This document shows positions 27,397-41,058 of a stretch of 64,000 nucleotides of DNA, piece after piece (the stretch's first letter is position 1; each line of letters opens with the position of its first letter). The stretch comes from Takakia lepidozioides (lineage: Eukaryota > Plantae > Bryophyta). Below the pieces are notes generated by a model. The model saw nothing but the letters and a program-made list of their open reading frames with translations. It was not told the origin of the DNA and searched no databases. The stretch spans positions 42,966,001 to 43,030,000 of the forward strand of contig CM060731.1 of assembly GCA_030704615.1 (NCBI GenBank). The letters run 5' to 3'. A program made the position numbers and the translations under genes.

Positions 27397-30300
27397 TCAA
27401 CCTTGTTCTCCGCCCGAGGTTGCATTGTCTTCATTGTCTGACTGTTGATTGGCCTCATCCAAATTTGCTCGTGCTTTCTCCGCCTCCACCGCGGTAATTT
27501 TCTTAGAGCTATTACATGTCGTGTTTTTTCTGGCGGGCATTGTCCAAACGACAAAGTTAATGTGAATCCACTGAGGGGGATCATCTGGATTGAACTCCCA
27601 AACTTTGGACCAACAATCTCTGTACCTGTCCAATCGGAAGGGCTACCTCCTTTCTTGGGTCTCCACCATTCGACGTGAACCTTCTTAAAATTCCTGGATC
27701 CTCTGTCGCGGACCACATCCGATATTGCCATCCCCATCCAAACTGGAAACGTCACAGTATCTACTGGTTGAACCAAGACGAAGAATCCGTTCTCAACGTC
27801 CTAGAACGGATTTAGAGGCTGCTTCGGTCTATCACACCGGGGGCCACAATACGGCTCTATGACTGCATCTTCTTCCGACAGATCATCCTCTATATGTGTA
27901 TGGATTCCGGCTCTGTGGTGGTTGACAGCCCACTTGGTTGAGGGCCAAAAACCCTCTTTAAGCGCGATTGAATGTCGTGATTCTCTAGAAATGGGAAGAT
28001 CAAGTTATGCAAGGATTGCTTCCCAGTATTGATCATACTGTATCATGATGTCACGATAATGATCGTCAAGCAACATCCCCTTCTTCCAGAACTCCCTGTA
28101 TTTTTTAATTCTAGTTTTGATAAAAGACTGTTTATCGGATGAGCAATCTCTCACACCCCAAATTGGTGTTTTTTTTACTGCCCTGGGTTGTACTGCTACA
28201 GGCAACTTTGGAGATCCATCGGGATTCGACTTCCACATCTTCACCGCATCTTTTTTGGGGAGCCACTCAGAATCAGTAGCAAACTTCTTAAACTTCATGA
28301 CAGGCCAACCATCTTCATCTACATAGAATTGAAATACACGCATTTATGTTTGCCCAACTAAAGCCTCTTTTCCATAGAGAATGCAACCGTCCACATACGC
28401 CTTGAAATCTGGCACCTCTTGAATGATTTGAGGAATAAATTACAGATCTTGAGAGATCATAAAAAACCTCATAAGATCGGAGAGAACGTAGGTACTGTTT
28501 TGCTTCAGCTTCTTCGATAAATAACTGAAGAATCCGTCGATGTCCTCATGGGTATGGCCAACCATGAGAAATCCCATCTGAATCTCCTCAAACACTCCTC
28601 TTGCAGTTAGGAGCGACAAAAAAGCCAGCATCCACCTGTTTTTGTTTTCCTCACGCAGTTGTCCAACTGTAGGTAGAGTCTTCGCGGGAGTGGGACTTTT
28701 CCTTTTTTCTTCTCCTTATCGCCGAGAAGGTTTTAGGACGTCGAGACACCTCGATTTACCCTTCATGAGAGATTCGAAAAAGGAATTATGAGGTGGGTGG
28801 TCAAAGATGTTACGACTTTCGCGGCAAGAGGGCTTCTCTAGTTGGCGGAGGCATCTTGCTAGAGAGCCAATCGTGAAGTTCGGGTCTCCCGGCCAGAAGT
28901 CCAAAGAGTATTGTCCGTAGGCTCCGTCCCCATGGCTGTGGGTGACCATGCCGGTTAGCGAGATTGGAAGTTGACCTAAGCCGGAGACCATCTTGTTAGT
29001 CGTCTGCAACCTTGGAATAGCTGGTTTTCGATGATCCGTCTTGTCATGAATGATGCAAAGGAACTCGGACGACATCATAGTTGACTCATTCCTCCAGCTG
29101 TGATAGAGTCTCCTGCAAGACTTCTGAAGCCTGAGGTGCTTATCAAGTGCTTTCTTGTACAAGGCCTGCTCATCGCTACGTTTGACCAACTTCTTGATTA
29201 GGTCTTTGAGCATCTCACAGTCTGTGTATTTGGCAAACGTGCTACAATTTTTTCTAACCTCGACATTGGGAAAAATCCGTTATCTGATTCTGCTAACGGC
29301 TGCTTGGGAGATAGGCTTCAACCCACATATTTTATTCGCCTGCAAGATAGACAGGTGGAAATGAACCTCGCGCGGTCGCCCGAGCTTTAATAGTGAGAGG
29401 TCTGATACATTGCGTGGAAGCAAAACAGGGAAGGTCCCAAAAAATATAGAATTCGGAAAGTGGTAAAAAGAATAAGAACTGACCTCATTACACTCCTCAC
29501 GAATATTTTCAGTTCGGTTCAGGTGGCAGAACTCGAAGAGTATCTCTCCGTCCGTTTCCAATACAGCGGGTCTTATGAGGCATGAGATCGGAATTTCCGT
29601 TTATAATCGAAATTAAGTTTTCTTCAGCTTGACGAGTTTGTGGACAGGGCCGTTTCACTCCGGAATTCACGTGCAACGATGTAACCACACCCTCTCTGCT
29701 TAATTTTTTGTATTCCATGTAGGTTGAACGACCGATTCCGTGAATTGTCCACCAAGCTATCTCACACACATCAACGCCCTCAATGGTTATGTAGGCCGTT
29801 GTCGAAACCCCGTCGATTCGATGAAGTCTTTTGGGAACATCAAAACCGAGCTCTCTCCGTTCGTCGTAAGATGATCCCCAATAAGTGGTCCGGATAGCGA
29901 GTGTTTTTCTCCAGTCGAAATATTGGCAACACTGTAAATTGCAACATTGTTTGCTGCTGACTTCTCGAACTGCCTACAGAGAGAGACGAGTATTTATCTT
30001 TTTGGAATCGTCTTTTTTCGGATTTTTTTTTGGTATGTTGAAATGCCGGTATGCTGCTTTTTTCACACCTTTCTCGTTGTGACCAATATCTGTTTGTTCC
30101 CGGCTATTGATGAACCTATGAAGCTCATGTGACAATGTCCTGCCACTATCAATCAACCGACTCTGGGTCAATGGCCAGTTCACGAGACACATGAGATTGG
30201 TCGAACCGCCATTTAAAATCCTTGTAACGAGCACCCCGACGTGATGTTCTCCAACTTTCTCACAAAGTATCACCTCGTCAGGATGACATGCTTGAATTCT

Positions 30301-30785
30301 GCCCTCGTACAAAGCACTTTGTTCATCTCCAAGGAGAATACACAATTTATTTCTCCAACTGTCTCTACCCATAGCAGCATCGTTATTCGGAGACGGCCTT
30401 GACATGTCAAATTCATTTGTTCATTGAATTTTGGATGGTAATCAGCCGCAGATGTCAATTCGACCTCTGAGAACCGAGGAACCTCATTGTTGGTGTTGGT
30501 GTCAGTTCCAGTATCTTGTTGAATTTGCACCACATCCCAAACGACAAGTGTTCCAATTGCTTCTCCCAAAGAGTCCGCATCCATGTGCGGATATGGCAAC
30601 GACACAGAAGAATGTGCCGGATCGCAAGACACTATAACAACAGATATTGTGGACCCGTTTAGCTGTCGTCCATGGCAACTTCCGCAACCAGTCACGTTGA
30701 GACATTCTGCTGTTGCGACGATAGAGTTCGAGCTCTGAAGTGTGAGGAAAACTTGTTGACCAGTTTGGAACAACGACATTTCCAC
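27397..30785 (-). pseudogene. DDD transposase pseudogene (Sola-like, DUF7869-type core) with two N-terminal TNP1/En-Spm-like domains
   Basis: CIIHDKTDH, LYLQLDNC..ENKN.WMLAFLSLL and GFLMVGHTHEDIDGFFS; intron 29483-29340; N-terminal CHGRQL...LPYP...LGEAIGTLVVWD; several stops and frameshifts. Superfamily assignment is from motif recall only. Confidence 0.75.
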
Positions 30786-33289
30786 GAACCTCGCGCGATC
30801 GCGCGTGTATCCTACAGTAGAGATTATGGCGATTAATGATTCGGCACTATATCGATGGACAGTAAGAAAGAGTGAAACAATAAGTTACTGAAGTTTGTTT
30901 AGAAAAACTGAGGATGAAGATGAAAAGGAACCTCTCGCGATTGCCCGCGTTTAGGGTTATAATGATTGGAAATTGAAAATAGAACTCGGAGTCTTGGATT
31001 ATGTACTAGAATGTACAACGTAGGTCTCTATTGGTCGAAACAGAAATTTGTAGAAAATTAAAGGATCTGCTAAAGCTACGACCCGAATGCACAACATTGT
31101 CTACGACTCCATAAAAGAAATAGAACCATATCGACGGGCGTTCGCGCGTGGTTCAGATGGATGAAATGAAGGATGGATGATTAATGGTAGACGAGTTTCG
31201 GATGACAAGTAAGAAAATGGATGAATAAATGAAAACATGAATGAACGAAACAACTGTAGTGCGAGTGATCATTCGAAGTACATAAAACGGTCGGGTGTGT
31301 ATATAAGATCTTTGCAGACAGTGGATGGGAACAGAGGAGCAAATAGACAAAAGAGAAACCCAGATGAAGTGGAGAGGCTCTCAATATTGACAGGAGTACA
31401 AAGGGAAGAATGAACGTAAAACAGACACTCATGAAGATCAGCGAGCCAGAGCAACTGAGAGGGAAAAAATGGCATGCTTGCACAGAGCAGGCTCTTATAC
31501 GGATTGTCAAACAGTATGAGGTCGACGTGTTCACATTACAGAGGTGCGTTTGGAGTGTCATGGATCGACAAATTGTCGCCCTAGATATGCTCTTTCGTGT
31601 AATCTAGTGGCTATTATGTGTCCTCCAAAGCATAAATGCAAGTAGGAGTCTGAAATCCACCGAACATTAATGGGTCCATAAGTTATTGCATCCAATGCGA
31701 ATAACTAACCGATTCGAGATCTGGAATCTGACATCCAAAGCACCAAAGAAGCCTGAAATCCAATGTTGAATTAATGATACAAGAGAAGGAATAGTCGGCG
31801 ACGAAAGTGGCCGCCTCTTAAGGCCATTGTGATGAGCCGACGGCCATCTATGGCAAGGTGACATTAAGTAGCCGCAATGAACGTGGGGCCGTAGATGAGG
31901 TGTAGGTAGAGAAAATGTGAGACCGATAAAATCCCAGATGCACGTCTCGACACCTCATTATTGAACCTATGAATAATATTTTATCATTGGATGAAATAAG
32001 AGCATTCGCGGATGAAAAAGAGGTATACTGGATGAGATGACTGCCCTAGGGGATGATTCAACTACCCCCATGGATGAGCGCCGTCACAAGAACCCGCAAT
32101 AATTCCATGGTATTCACTTTATGAAGGCGTTGGATTGCCGTGCAGTAATGCTCTGGTCAAACTAGTGGAGTCCATTCATTACTGATAGTCATGTCGCATC
32201 ATTGATTGTACCTGCATAAATTTAGGGGTCCTCAGCGAACCGTTGATAAACATCCCGCCTTTCATTCATCCATGCATCGAGGCCACAAACCGTCGGATGC
32301 GACATAATGCCGACGGTTGAGATCACAGGTGGTAAGGCATATAAGGAGGAGTGACCAAAAGGAGTCTCCTTTTGCATTCATTTGATACACGCGGAAGCCC
32401 TGTTCAATTTTGGACTCAATGAAGAGGTGCGAGAGAGAGCGACTGAGCGAGAGAGGCAGAGAGGTGGAGATCGAGGAAGCGAGAGAGCGAGAGATCGAGG
32501 GAGCGTGAGTTGGAGCGAGTGTGGGTTTGAGCAATTCACCGTGTGCGGGGGAGTGTGACAGAGTGAAAGGAGGGCAAAACAAAAGAGTAGGCTATCCCGA
32601 AAGCTGTTGTGCGCACCCGAGCGAGAGAGCTCATCCAGCCTTGCAAGGAGGATCCTTGCCTGAAATGGCATCAAGCAGGTAAAAAAATTTCCCGTCTTCT
32701 TCATGCATGCAATGAAGGATTCTTCCGTGGGCTGCAGAGATTGCATGAACGTAGAAGTTGCATGCTTGATTGATTGTTTGCTTGTTTGAGCGAATGATTG
32801 CTTGTTTTGATTATTTTGATTAGTTGTTTTGATTTTTGGATTGGTTCCAGGGTTAAAGAGGTAGGATGGTCGATAGAAGGATTGGGAATTGTGGAAGATT
32901 TCGGGATATGTACGCTTTCCTTGAGGAACGACTCCAGATTCGAGACATGAGAAATTCCGATTTCATAGGGCTCGTAGGTACAGCTGGCAACTGTTTAGGT
33001 TTTGCAGCCTATGGTGTAGGCCTCAGTATAGGTACCATGACACAGTCCATTCACGCGTGAACTCATTTTACCATGTACAGTTCTGGATACCGAACTGTGT
33101 TTTTGGTTCGATTCGGTTATGCACATTATTTCCATGATCTGCATTACGTGCCTCTCGAAATAGGGATTTCTAGTGATTTCGTAAGCCGTAGAGAAACCTC
33201 GCGCGATCGCCCGTGTTTATTTCAATGATAGTATTGCGAAACATGGTTTAGTTAGGACTTGGAGCGAGGCCAGTAAGCACTTTCAGCAA

Positions 33290-34720
33290 GGGAATGGTCT
33301 GAATGAAGCACGCACGATCGCGCGTGCTTCATTCAGTAAAAGTCGTCACCTACAGGAGCACTAACGAACAGTAGCTAATACCAAACTGGGTCGAAGAAAT
33401 CATTCATTAGTAGGACAATAAAATCAGTGTTTTCAATTTTTAAGGATTATGCAATTATTGAACCTTGCACAATCGCGCTAATTTGACTCCGTAGTTTACT
33501 GCATTGGATGAGAAATTGAAGATGTGATGCGAAAGAATGCCCTGAAGAAGCACGCGCGATCGCGCGTGCTTCATTTGGTTGGTATTTGTATTCTAGCGAC
33601 CAACAACAACACCATTGATACCCAGATGATTAGCTGACACATATGAGGATATGTCTGAGTGCATACTCAAAACTGTAAAGTGTTTCGGAAGACATTAGTT
33701 CACATTATACAATGTCAACTAACATCTTCCGTCGCACTTTATCTGTCTTGCCATGCACACAGAATATGATAATTCTTGTATGTGGTGACATGGTCACTCT
33801 TATGTATGATGGGTGGAGGTGTTCAGTGTGGACACAATAGTATACAATAGTATCCAAATATCAATCCAACAGTGCAGGGCAGTTTGAAATATTACTTGTC
33901 GTCAACATCGCTTAGGTTGTTCATCGATTATGTCGACCACTGTTTATGATTAGACAGTGAAGATGTGATGTCCAAGAATGGTTAAAAAAAGCGCGCGTAA
34001 TCGCGCGTGCTTCATTCAGTGCAAGTCGTCACCTACAGAAGCCCTATCGAACAGTAGCTAATACCAAACTGTACGGGGTTGAAGAAATCATTCATTAGTA
34101 GGATAATAAACTTAGTGTTTTCAATTAAAAGGATTAAGCAATCGCGCGAATTTGACTCCGTAGTAAACTACATTGGATGAGAAATTGAAGATGTGATGCG
34201 AAAGAATGCCCTGAAAATGTTATATTCTATCGACCACAACAACACCATTGATAACCAGATGATTAGATGACACATATGAGGATATGTCTGAGTGCATACT
34301 CAAAACTGTAAAGTGTTTCAGAAGACATTAGTTCACATTATACAATGTCAACTAAAATCTTTCGTCGCACTTTATCTGTCTTGCCATGCACACAGAGTAT
34401 GATAATTCCTATATGTGGTGGCATTGTCACTCTTATGTATGATGGGCGGAGGTATTCAGTGTGGACACAATAGTATACAATAGTATTCAAATATCAATCC
34501 AAAAGTCCAGGGCAGTTTGAAATATTACTTGTCGTCAACATCGTTTATGTCGAGCACTCTTTCAGATTGGACAATGACGATGTGATGTCCAAGAATGGTT
34601 TAAAGGTACTCAAACTGTATGGTGTCGAAGAAATCATTCATTAGTATGACAGTAAATTCATTGTTTTCAATTTTAAGGATTATGCAATTATTGAACCTTG
34701 CGCAATAGTGCGAATTTGAC
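33290..34720. repeat. ~2.3 tandem copies of a ~550-690-bp unit
   Basis: caaactg...gaagaaatcattcattagta at ~33382, 34064 and 34611; gatatgtctgagtgcatactcaaaactgtaaagtg at ~33648 and 34281. Confidence 0.85.
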
Positions 34721-35002
34721 TTATTCGTTTCAGTCTTATTCTAAATATAAATAAAAATGACTCCCAGCTAGATAATCCTCAATGTTCTCAATGTACTTTA
34801 ATAGTCCTTCCGGTAGACTTCTCGCAGTGGGATGAAATTAGTTCATCTGTGCCTCAACTCAATAACGCGCGATCGCACGTGGTTCTGATGTTCCTACAGC
34901 TCAGAAGAATTTTCTTGAGATAATAGATGTTAAGATACTCTTATATGACTGAAAGAACAAAGTCATGTATATGGATTCTGTTCGCCATGCTTAGCAACCT
35001 CG

Positions 35003-35923
35003 TTGTTGCTTATAATCGGAGGGAAAATTGTGGACCAAATACGCGCGATCGTGCGTTCTTCGCGTGTCTCCTTCTGTACAGTTTGTAACTGCGCACGAGT
35101 TATTGATGATTCTTCCAGTGTGGTGGATTTGTGTTCGATGAAGGAGGAGAATGAGATGGAACATACCGGACACAAGGCAACATTTTCACCCTCATCACAA
35201 GGTGAATGCGGAGCTGCGGTTATTATGACGGGACCTTCCGAAGGAGTTCATATTATATCATCTCCAGTTCCTACAATTCCATCCACAGAGGAGCCTGACA
35301 CCTACTCCCCTGAATCAGACGATCAGGACAATTATTCACCAATATGATATTTTTGCGACGTTCATCTCGGGTCAGCAGCTTTAAGTTCTTTTCTAGAACA
35401 ATACTGTGGAGGGTCTTCTGGAGATCCTGTAGCTGAAGTATCGGCGGAATAAAATGATTTCTGCGCTATGTACCCTGCGTATACGCCAGATACCCAAGAT
35501 TATACACCCGGATCCCCGGAGTATACTCACGTATCACCAGAGTACACTCCCTCAACCCTAGAGTACACTCCGGCATCCCCAAAGTATACACCCTCATCGC
35601 TAGGGTGTACTCCGGGATCCCCAGAATACTCACCAATATGATATTTTAGCCACCTCAGACCCAGGTCGGCTGCATTGGCCTCATTTTTGGCACAATACAC
35701 ACCTACGTCAACTGTAAGTTCCGACCATTCGGAATAATCAGAAATAGAAAAATTCCTCACGAGCTCACCGGAGTGTACTTGAACTAGTGCAGAATCTCCA
35801 TGTGGTTCCATCGAATACCCACAATAATCAGTAGGATCACTTTCTGGGTACCCGATAAGTTTTCAAGAGATTCACTGGGGGTGTCCTGAATCACCATGAT
35901 ATAGTCCCTCATCTCAGTTTTAG
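35003..35923 (+). pseudogene. Decayed ORF with tandem YSPTSPS-like heptads
   Basis: One frame through several stops; 35480-35638 reads YTPDTQD YTPGSPE YTHVSPE YTPSTLE YTPASPK YTPSSLG CTPGSPE YSPI. Confidence 0.65.
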
Positions 35924-37779
35924 GCAAGCATATATGACAGTACATTTAAACGCCAACGATGTCTCCATTTTCGTTCTTCACTGTTGAATAATAAAGTATT
36001 CTTCATGATTTTTGAAACCAATTAAATGATCTGCAACTTTTGAGATTTCCAATTTAATTGTGACTTTGATTTATTCCATTCCATTTATTCCATATTGCAG
36101 TCACAATTGAATGTCCCCTATTCCAGCTTAATTGTAAGTTAGTTTATTTCAATTCCATTTCTTCCCAGTGGGATTCCCATTTGCATATTGGCCTGATATC
36201 CGTAACATTATGATTTGTTTCAAACTTCGGCCTTTCCTCTCAATCCTGAAATAATGCCATGAGATATCTAATCCAGATAACATAATGTTGTGTTTCATGT
36301 TTAGTGGTCAGTCAAACATACCGGCGGATTGCCTGGTTGGCGTATGCAAGGAGATATGTGGGGAGCTCATCTCAACAAAATCGCCAAACTTCAGCATAGA
36401 CCACGTAGCTTTGTATACTCTTAACCAGGCGATCTCCGAGTGGGGAATAAATCCTGTGAGTGTACCTCCTGACCACCAACTGAAGTTTTCCTTCAAGATT
36501 GGAGCGGAGGTGAAGGAGCTTAATTATGGCTACGTTAAAGATGTTGAGATGGGTGATTGCAGCGTACAATGTCCATTTTTTGACGTAAATGCGTCATTTT
36601 TCCTGTACATGGTTTGTTGGTTTTGATCTACGATCTTATATTTCTATGAAATTTCTTAAAATGGACTCACAACATTGTACCTATCTACATGTAGTATCTA
36701 CCTTCTCAGACTTGTCGCCAAAAACCGTTATCTCTAGAAGCGATGGACTTTATGAAAAGTCCATAAGCTTTTGTTACAGTCCATACAAAACTTGTTATGG
36801 ACTCATTATCTGTTAGATTTTATAACATAATTGGAATAAGGGACTTGGCCCTCCCTTGCTATTATGATAAAGAATCTAGTGTGAGAGTTTTGAAACATTT
36901 TTACTCATTAAATTAAATTTTATGTACTTTATCAACCTACCAATAACAGCCATTTTCATAAAGTCCTTTACAATATAAAAACCAAAACACCCCATGAATT
37001 GTCTTCATTAAATACAACCATTTATTATAGATTAAAGGTGGCCCAAAGTCAAATTTTCAAAAACATGTACTTTTGTGATTATGGTCAAGTTTGAATTACG
37101 TCACCGACGACACGTGACGGCACATAACATCTTTCTTTTTCCCATTTGAAATGACAGTATCCCAACAATAGACGTTCCACATGATATAGTGCAAGTGAAT
37201 CCATGTTTTGGTTTTTTTTCACGATTTTTGTTTTTTTTTATCTTATGTACTTTTATGTAGGCCACATCTACAACTTTTTGGTCCACTCTTCGTTGCAACT
37301 ACCCAGATGGAGTCGGACGTGGAGAATCCAATGATGGTGGTTTTCATCTTGGAGGATGGTAGAGCAAAAAAGATGTTTGGCTTTTCTTTGGAATCTCGTC
37401 GCGTTCGCAAGACAATGATGAAACCAGCTGTAAAGATGGGATTCACTTTCCCTGAAGGTGGTGCAGCCCTGACTGCTCAGGGATTCGTACGAGCTTGGAG
37501 CATTTTCCAAGATGTACTCCATGCGCAGGAAAACATCAACAGAAAACAACGAGACGATGCGGCAGCGAAGGGGGCAAAGGGTAAAGGGAAACGGAAGTCC
37601 ACGGCGGGATCCTCTTAGACTGAGAATGAGGAGGAGCAGCCAGCCGGGAAAAAGGAAAAGAAAGAAGAGCTCGATATTGTATTTATGAATGACAACAAGA
37701 AGCCAAAAGCTGGCGAGATTTTCGACAAGGTGAAGTGTGAGGCGATGAATCAAAGTCTGCAGAATGACTACCAAGACAT

Positions 37780-38399
37780 GTTTCCTTTTGGGTTCAACCA
37801 CGAAGTCTCCAGAATGATATTTGGTTCAATTCCAGCTTTGGTGATGTCAATGTGGATCTCTTTCCCCTTTTCCAGAACTCCTAGCCTGGCACACGCATTA
37901 AGGATACAAATGAACGTAACCTCGTTGGGTCTGACCCCATTCTGTTGCATTTTTTTCATAGATCTTGAGAGCCTCCTGACTACAACCATGCTTGACATAT
38001 CCTGCTATCATTATGGTCCATGTAAACAGTGACCGTTCAGGCATTCTGTCAACACGCCGCGTGCATCCATCACATTCCCACACATGGCATACATGTTGAC
38101 AAGGGTGTTCAATAGTAAGATTGGCTTGAAACCATTTCGTATAATGTGGGAGTGCACCTGTTTTCCCTCTGCAAGGTCATTCCTGTTGATGCACTCCTGC
38201 AAGAGACATACGTAAGTTCTGCCCTGCCATTTTTGTTCAAGATGCGCAGTGCCTCTTTCAGTTGACCTGCCTTACATAGTCTCCTCACATCCCTATGAGA
38301 ACCAGGAGTGTTCTGTTTTACTCCCTCACTTTCACACGTAGGGGTGCTTCCAGTCTGATGCCCAATGAACAATTGTGCCTGATCCAACCATGCCATCAT
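37780..38399 (-). pseudogene. 5' part of a PLS-class PPR gene, frameshifted and truncated
   Basis: DVRRLCKAGQLKEALRIL, LQECINRNDLAEGKQVHSHI, NTLVNMYAMCG, FTWTIMIAGYVKHG and GVRPNEVTFICILNACA are spread over different frames. Confidence 0.85.
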
Positions 38400-40333
38400 G
38401 TATGACTCAAAACTCTTAGTTGCTGATCATCTTTATTCTCATTCACACACTCAACATCCATAGTTAATCTCAACAATCAATGAGGACACGCTCCTTGCCA
38501 CATATTAACAGGTCCAACACATCTGCAGTCCTGCACTTAAAAGATTAAACTGTACCAATATCATCTGTTTGACTTGGAACCCATCACCAGATTGGTCTTG
38601 ATCTGGTACCATGGCAGCTACCCTTGCTTTCATCAAAGAAGGGTTCACGATCCAAGGGACCTCATTTGTGTGCTTATGCCTAAAATATGGTGATTTTTTA
38701 CTTCTCTGTGACAATGGTGAGTGGAAATGTGACCAGTCATAGATGAACCACAGCCTGGCATAGACTAGGCTACCACCACCAAAGCGCGCATCTTCCCAAT
38801 CGTAGGGAACTACTTTACAAACCTCATGGCATGATCGTAACATCTGTCATGGACAAGGTTTCCACCCAATCATGCAATATAAATCAACCCGGGATGGCAT
38901 TGACATCATACCATAAAGTGGTACCTTGATGTCATTAATGACTATACCAGTTTTGTTCTCTCAATGAAACACATAAGTAACACTTCATACCAGTATGCAT
39001 ACCAATATTGATACCAGTTTCTTATCGGTGTACCAGTCCAACACTGGTTGAGACCAAAGAAAACCCCATTGCAAATCCAGTAGGTAGAATAAACTGAGCC
39101 AGATCGTAATCCCAGGCAAAATCTCTGCTCCATGAGAACACTTGGCACTTTTGATCTATTTATTATAATACATCAAATTGCCGGTTTTAAATTCAAGATC
39201 ACCAGGATGGTTATTTCCCTCAGCTTTGTGCTCTTTCTCCTGAGTTATCATAATACTACTAAGAGAACAAGAGATCCCACTCAAAAACATCAGTCAAAAT
39301 AAATGAAAGCTGTTCGTATTTACACAAAGTTGCAGCGACCAAGTGCCTCTTTTTCACTTCATTCTCCTTAAAAAAACAAAGTCTGTGCTTACAAATACTC
39401 CAGCATCAACTTCTCTCTTCATTGGGACTCAACCCTTTGACCCCTCTCCGTTCAGTCAGATCTACAACCTCGTTGGGCCTCAGCATCCAGCTTCAATTGA
39501 AACTCGAAGGCGTCGAGCGAGCCGGGCGGAAGGTCCTACACAAAGCTGGTACACGAGATGCCCAGACGACAATAGGATTCCAACGAGTTGATCTGGTAGT
39601 GCTCCAAACTTTTCATCAGGCGTTCCTCGGCGTCAACTACAAACATGCTCTGCCGTCGAGGTGGGAGGCCTTCAATGAACGTGGAAGAGACAAGAGGTGG
39701 AAGCTCGATCTCATCGTTCGTGGGATCCGAATGGGTACATTTCCAAGTTGTTGTTCAACCCTGCTAGCTGTGCATTGCACAAGAAGGGAAGACGGGTATT
39801 TGACAAGAGAAGAGAAGCAAGGGCGCTTCTGAAAGGCATGAGTAGTAGGGAGGGTCCAGCGAGGAGGAAGATAGAGAGACCTCTTTGGCAATGAATTGAT
39901 AGGCCATTATGGAGCGGGCTTTGGAGCTGGGGAAACATTCTGCAGTCCTCCGGCCGGCAGCTGCTACTAGAGCGGAGCACTCGAATAGCTAGAATGCGTA
40001 GGGCAGCAGAGCGATGAAGAGGAAGCCATAACGTGATGACAGAAATCACAGTAACTTCTATACCTGAGCAACGTTGCAACTCTCCCACCGCGAGTTCACC
40101 TGCAGTCTCGTGATCTCGACAGCTACCCAAACTTGCTCACAAGTGCGATCCTCGATCAGCAGTCGAGTGGATCTGGAATGCTGATAGATTTGTATGTATT
40201 TACGTCATCACCCCCACGAAAAGCCCGGTAAAGCCCAGAGGTTGGTCAAAGTGGTGGGGCCCACCACCTCACTAAGACCGTAATAAAACCTATGAGGGAC
40301 CTTAAGATTCTAAGATTCCCTACACGTAAGATC

Positions 40334-41058
40334 CAGTGTTGGACCGGTATATGGGGGTGAGGCGGGGTATCAGCACGGGTAAGGGTATCGCGGCAGGGTA
40401 CCAGACCAGGCGGGTATAAGCAACTAACAATACCCCGGGCAGAACATATTGGGGGCAATATAGTGAAATGCTAATACCTGGGCTCCTACCAGACCAGCCT
40501 GGTATCGCAAGGAACGCAACTTTGTCGATACCAGTACTATGTCTACCGCCGTCGCTTCCACCCTAGGTATCAATATGTGGAGCGTTAGAGACGATCTGAA
40601 TGGTGCTTTTGGCGAAAATTTGCTTATTGTCTCATTTATCAGCCTGTAATATGGCTCTTGTAAGGTGACCTCAAATTACCTAAGGTGAGATCCGCTCCTT
40701 GTTATTATGAATTGCGGCACTCAATCGCTGAGGTGAGCGCTTCAGCCCATGAGGTGATCACTTCAACGGCTGAAGTGCTCACCTCAGCGGTATAATTTGG
40801 ACAAATTTTTATTTTTCAGTTTAAAAATATAAATAAATAAATAAATAACATTATTGATACCAGTATTGATATACCCCCAATATAGGATTTGAAATTTGAA
40901 ATACTGATACCATACCATACCAGGCCAAACAAAAACAATATACATACCAGACTGGTACATCAAAAGCTTAATACCTATTTTGATACCATTACCTGCCCTT
41001 CACCGACAATACCATACCCTGGCTGGTATGAAATGTTGATGATACCGGTCCAACACTG
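40334..41058. mobile_element. hAT-type MITE, 725 bp (isolated related end at ~38940-39046)
   Basis: 17-bp perfect TIR CAGTGTTGGACCGGTAT / ATACCGGTCCAACACTG; 8-bp TSD GTAAGATC at 40326-40333 and 41059-41066; many subterminal ATACC/GGTAT motifs. Confidence 0.92.

Larger units (their letters stand above)
25418..36290 (-). mobile_element. Large Sola-like DNA transposon (copy 1); left end defined, right end uncertain
   Basis: Terminus shared with 12589 and, inverted, with 53830-53877. Contains a transposase, internal tandem repeats, and CGCGCGATCGCGCG-type palindromes from 29368 to 35056. Confidence 0.55.

Noticed and set aside
23375-38399. Two PPR fragments as halves of one gene split by the TE nest
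   Set aside because: Opposite orientations, no matching junction or TSD, and PLS PPRs are a large family
39470-39891. Possible gene fragment with a transit-peptide-like start (-)
   Set aside because: Frameshifted, contains a stop, and has no recognisable domain
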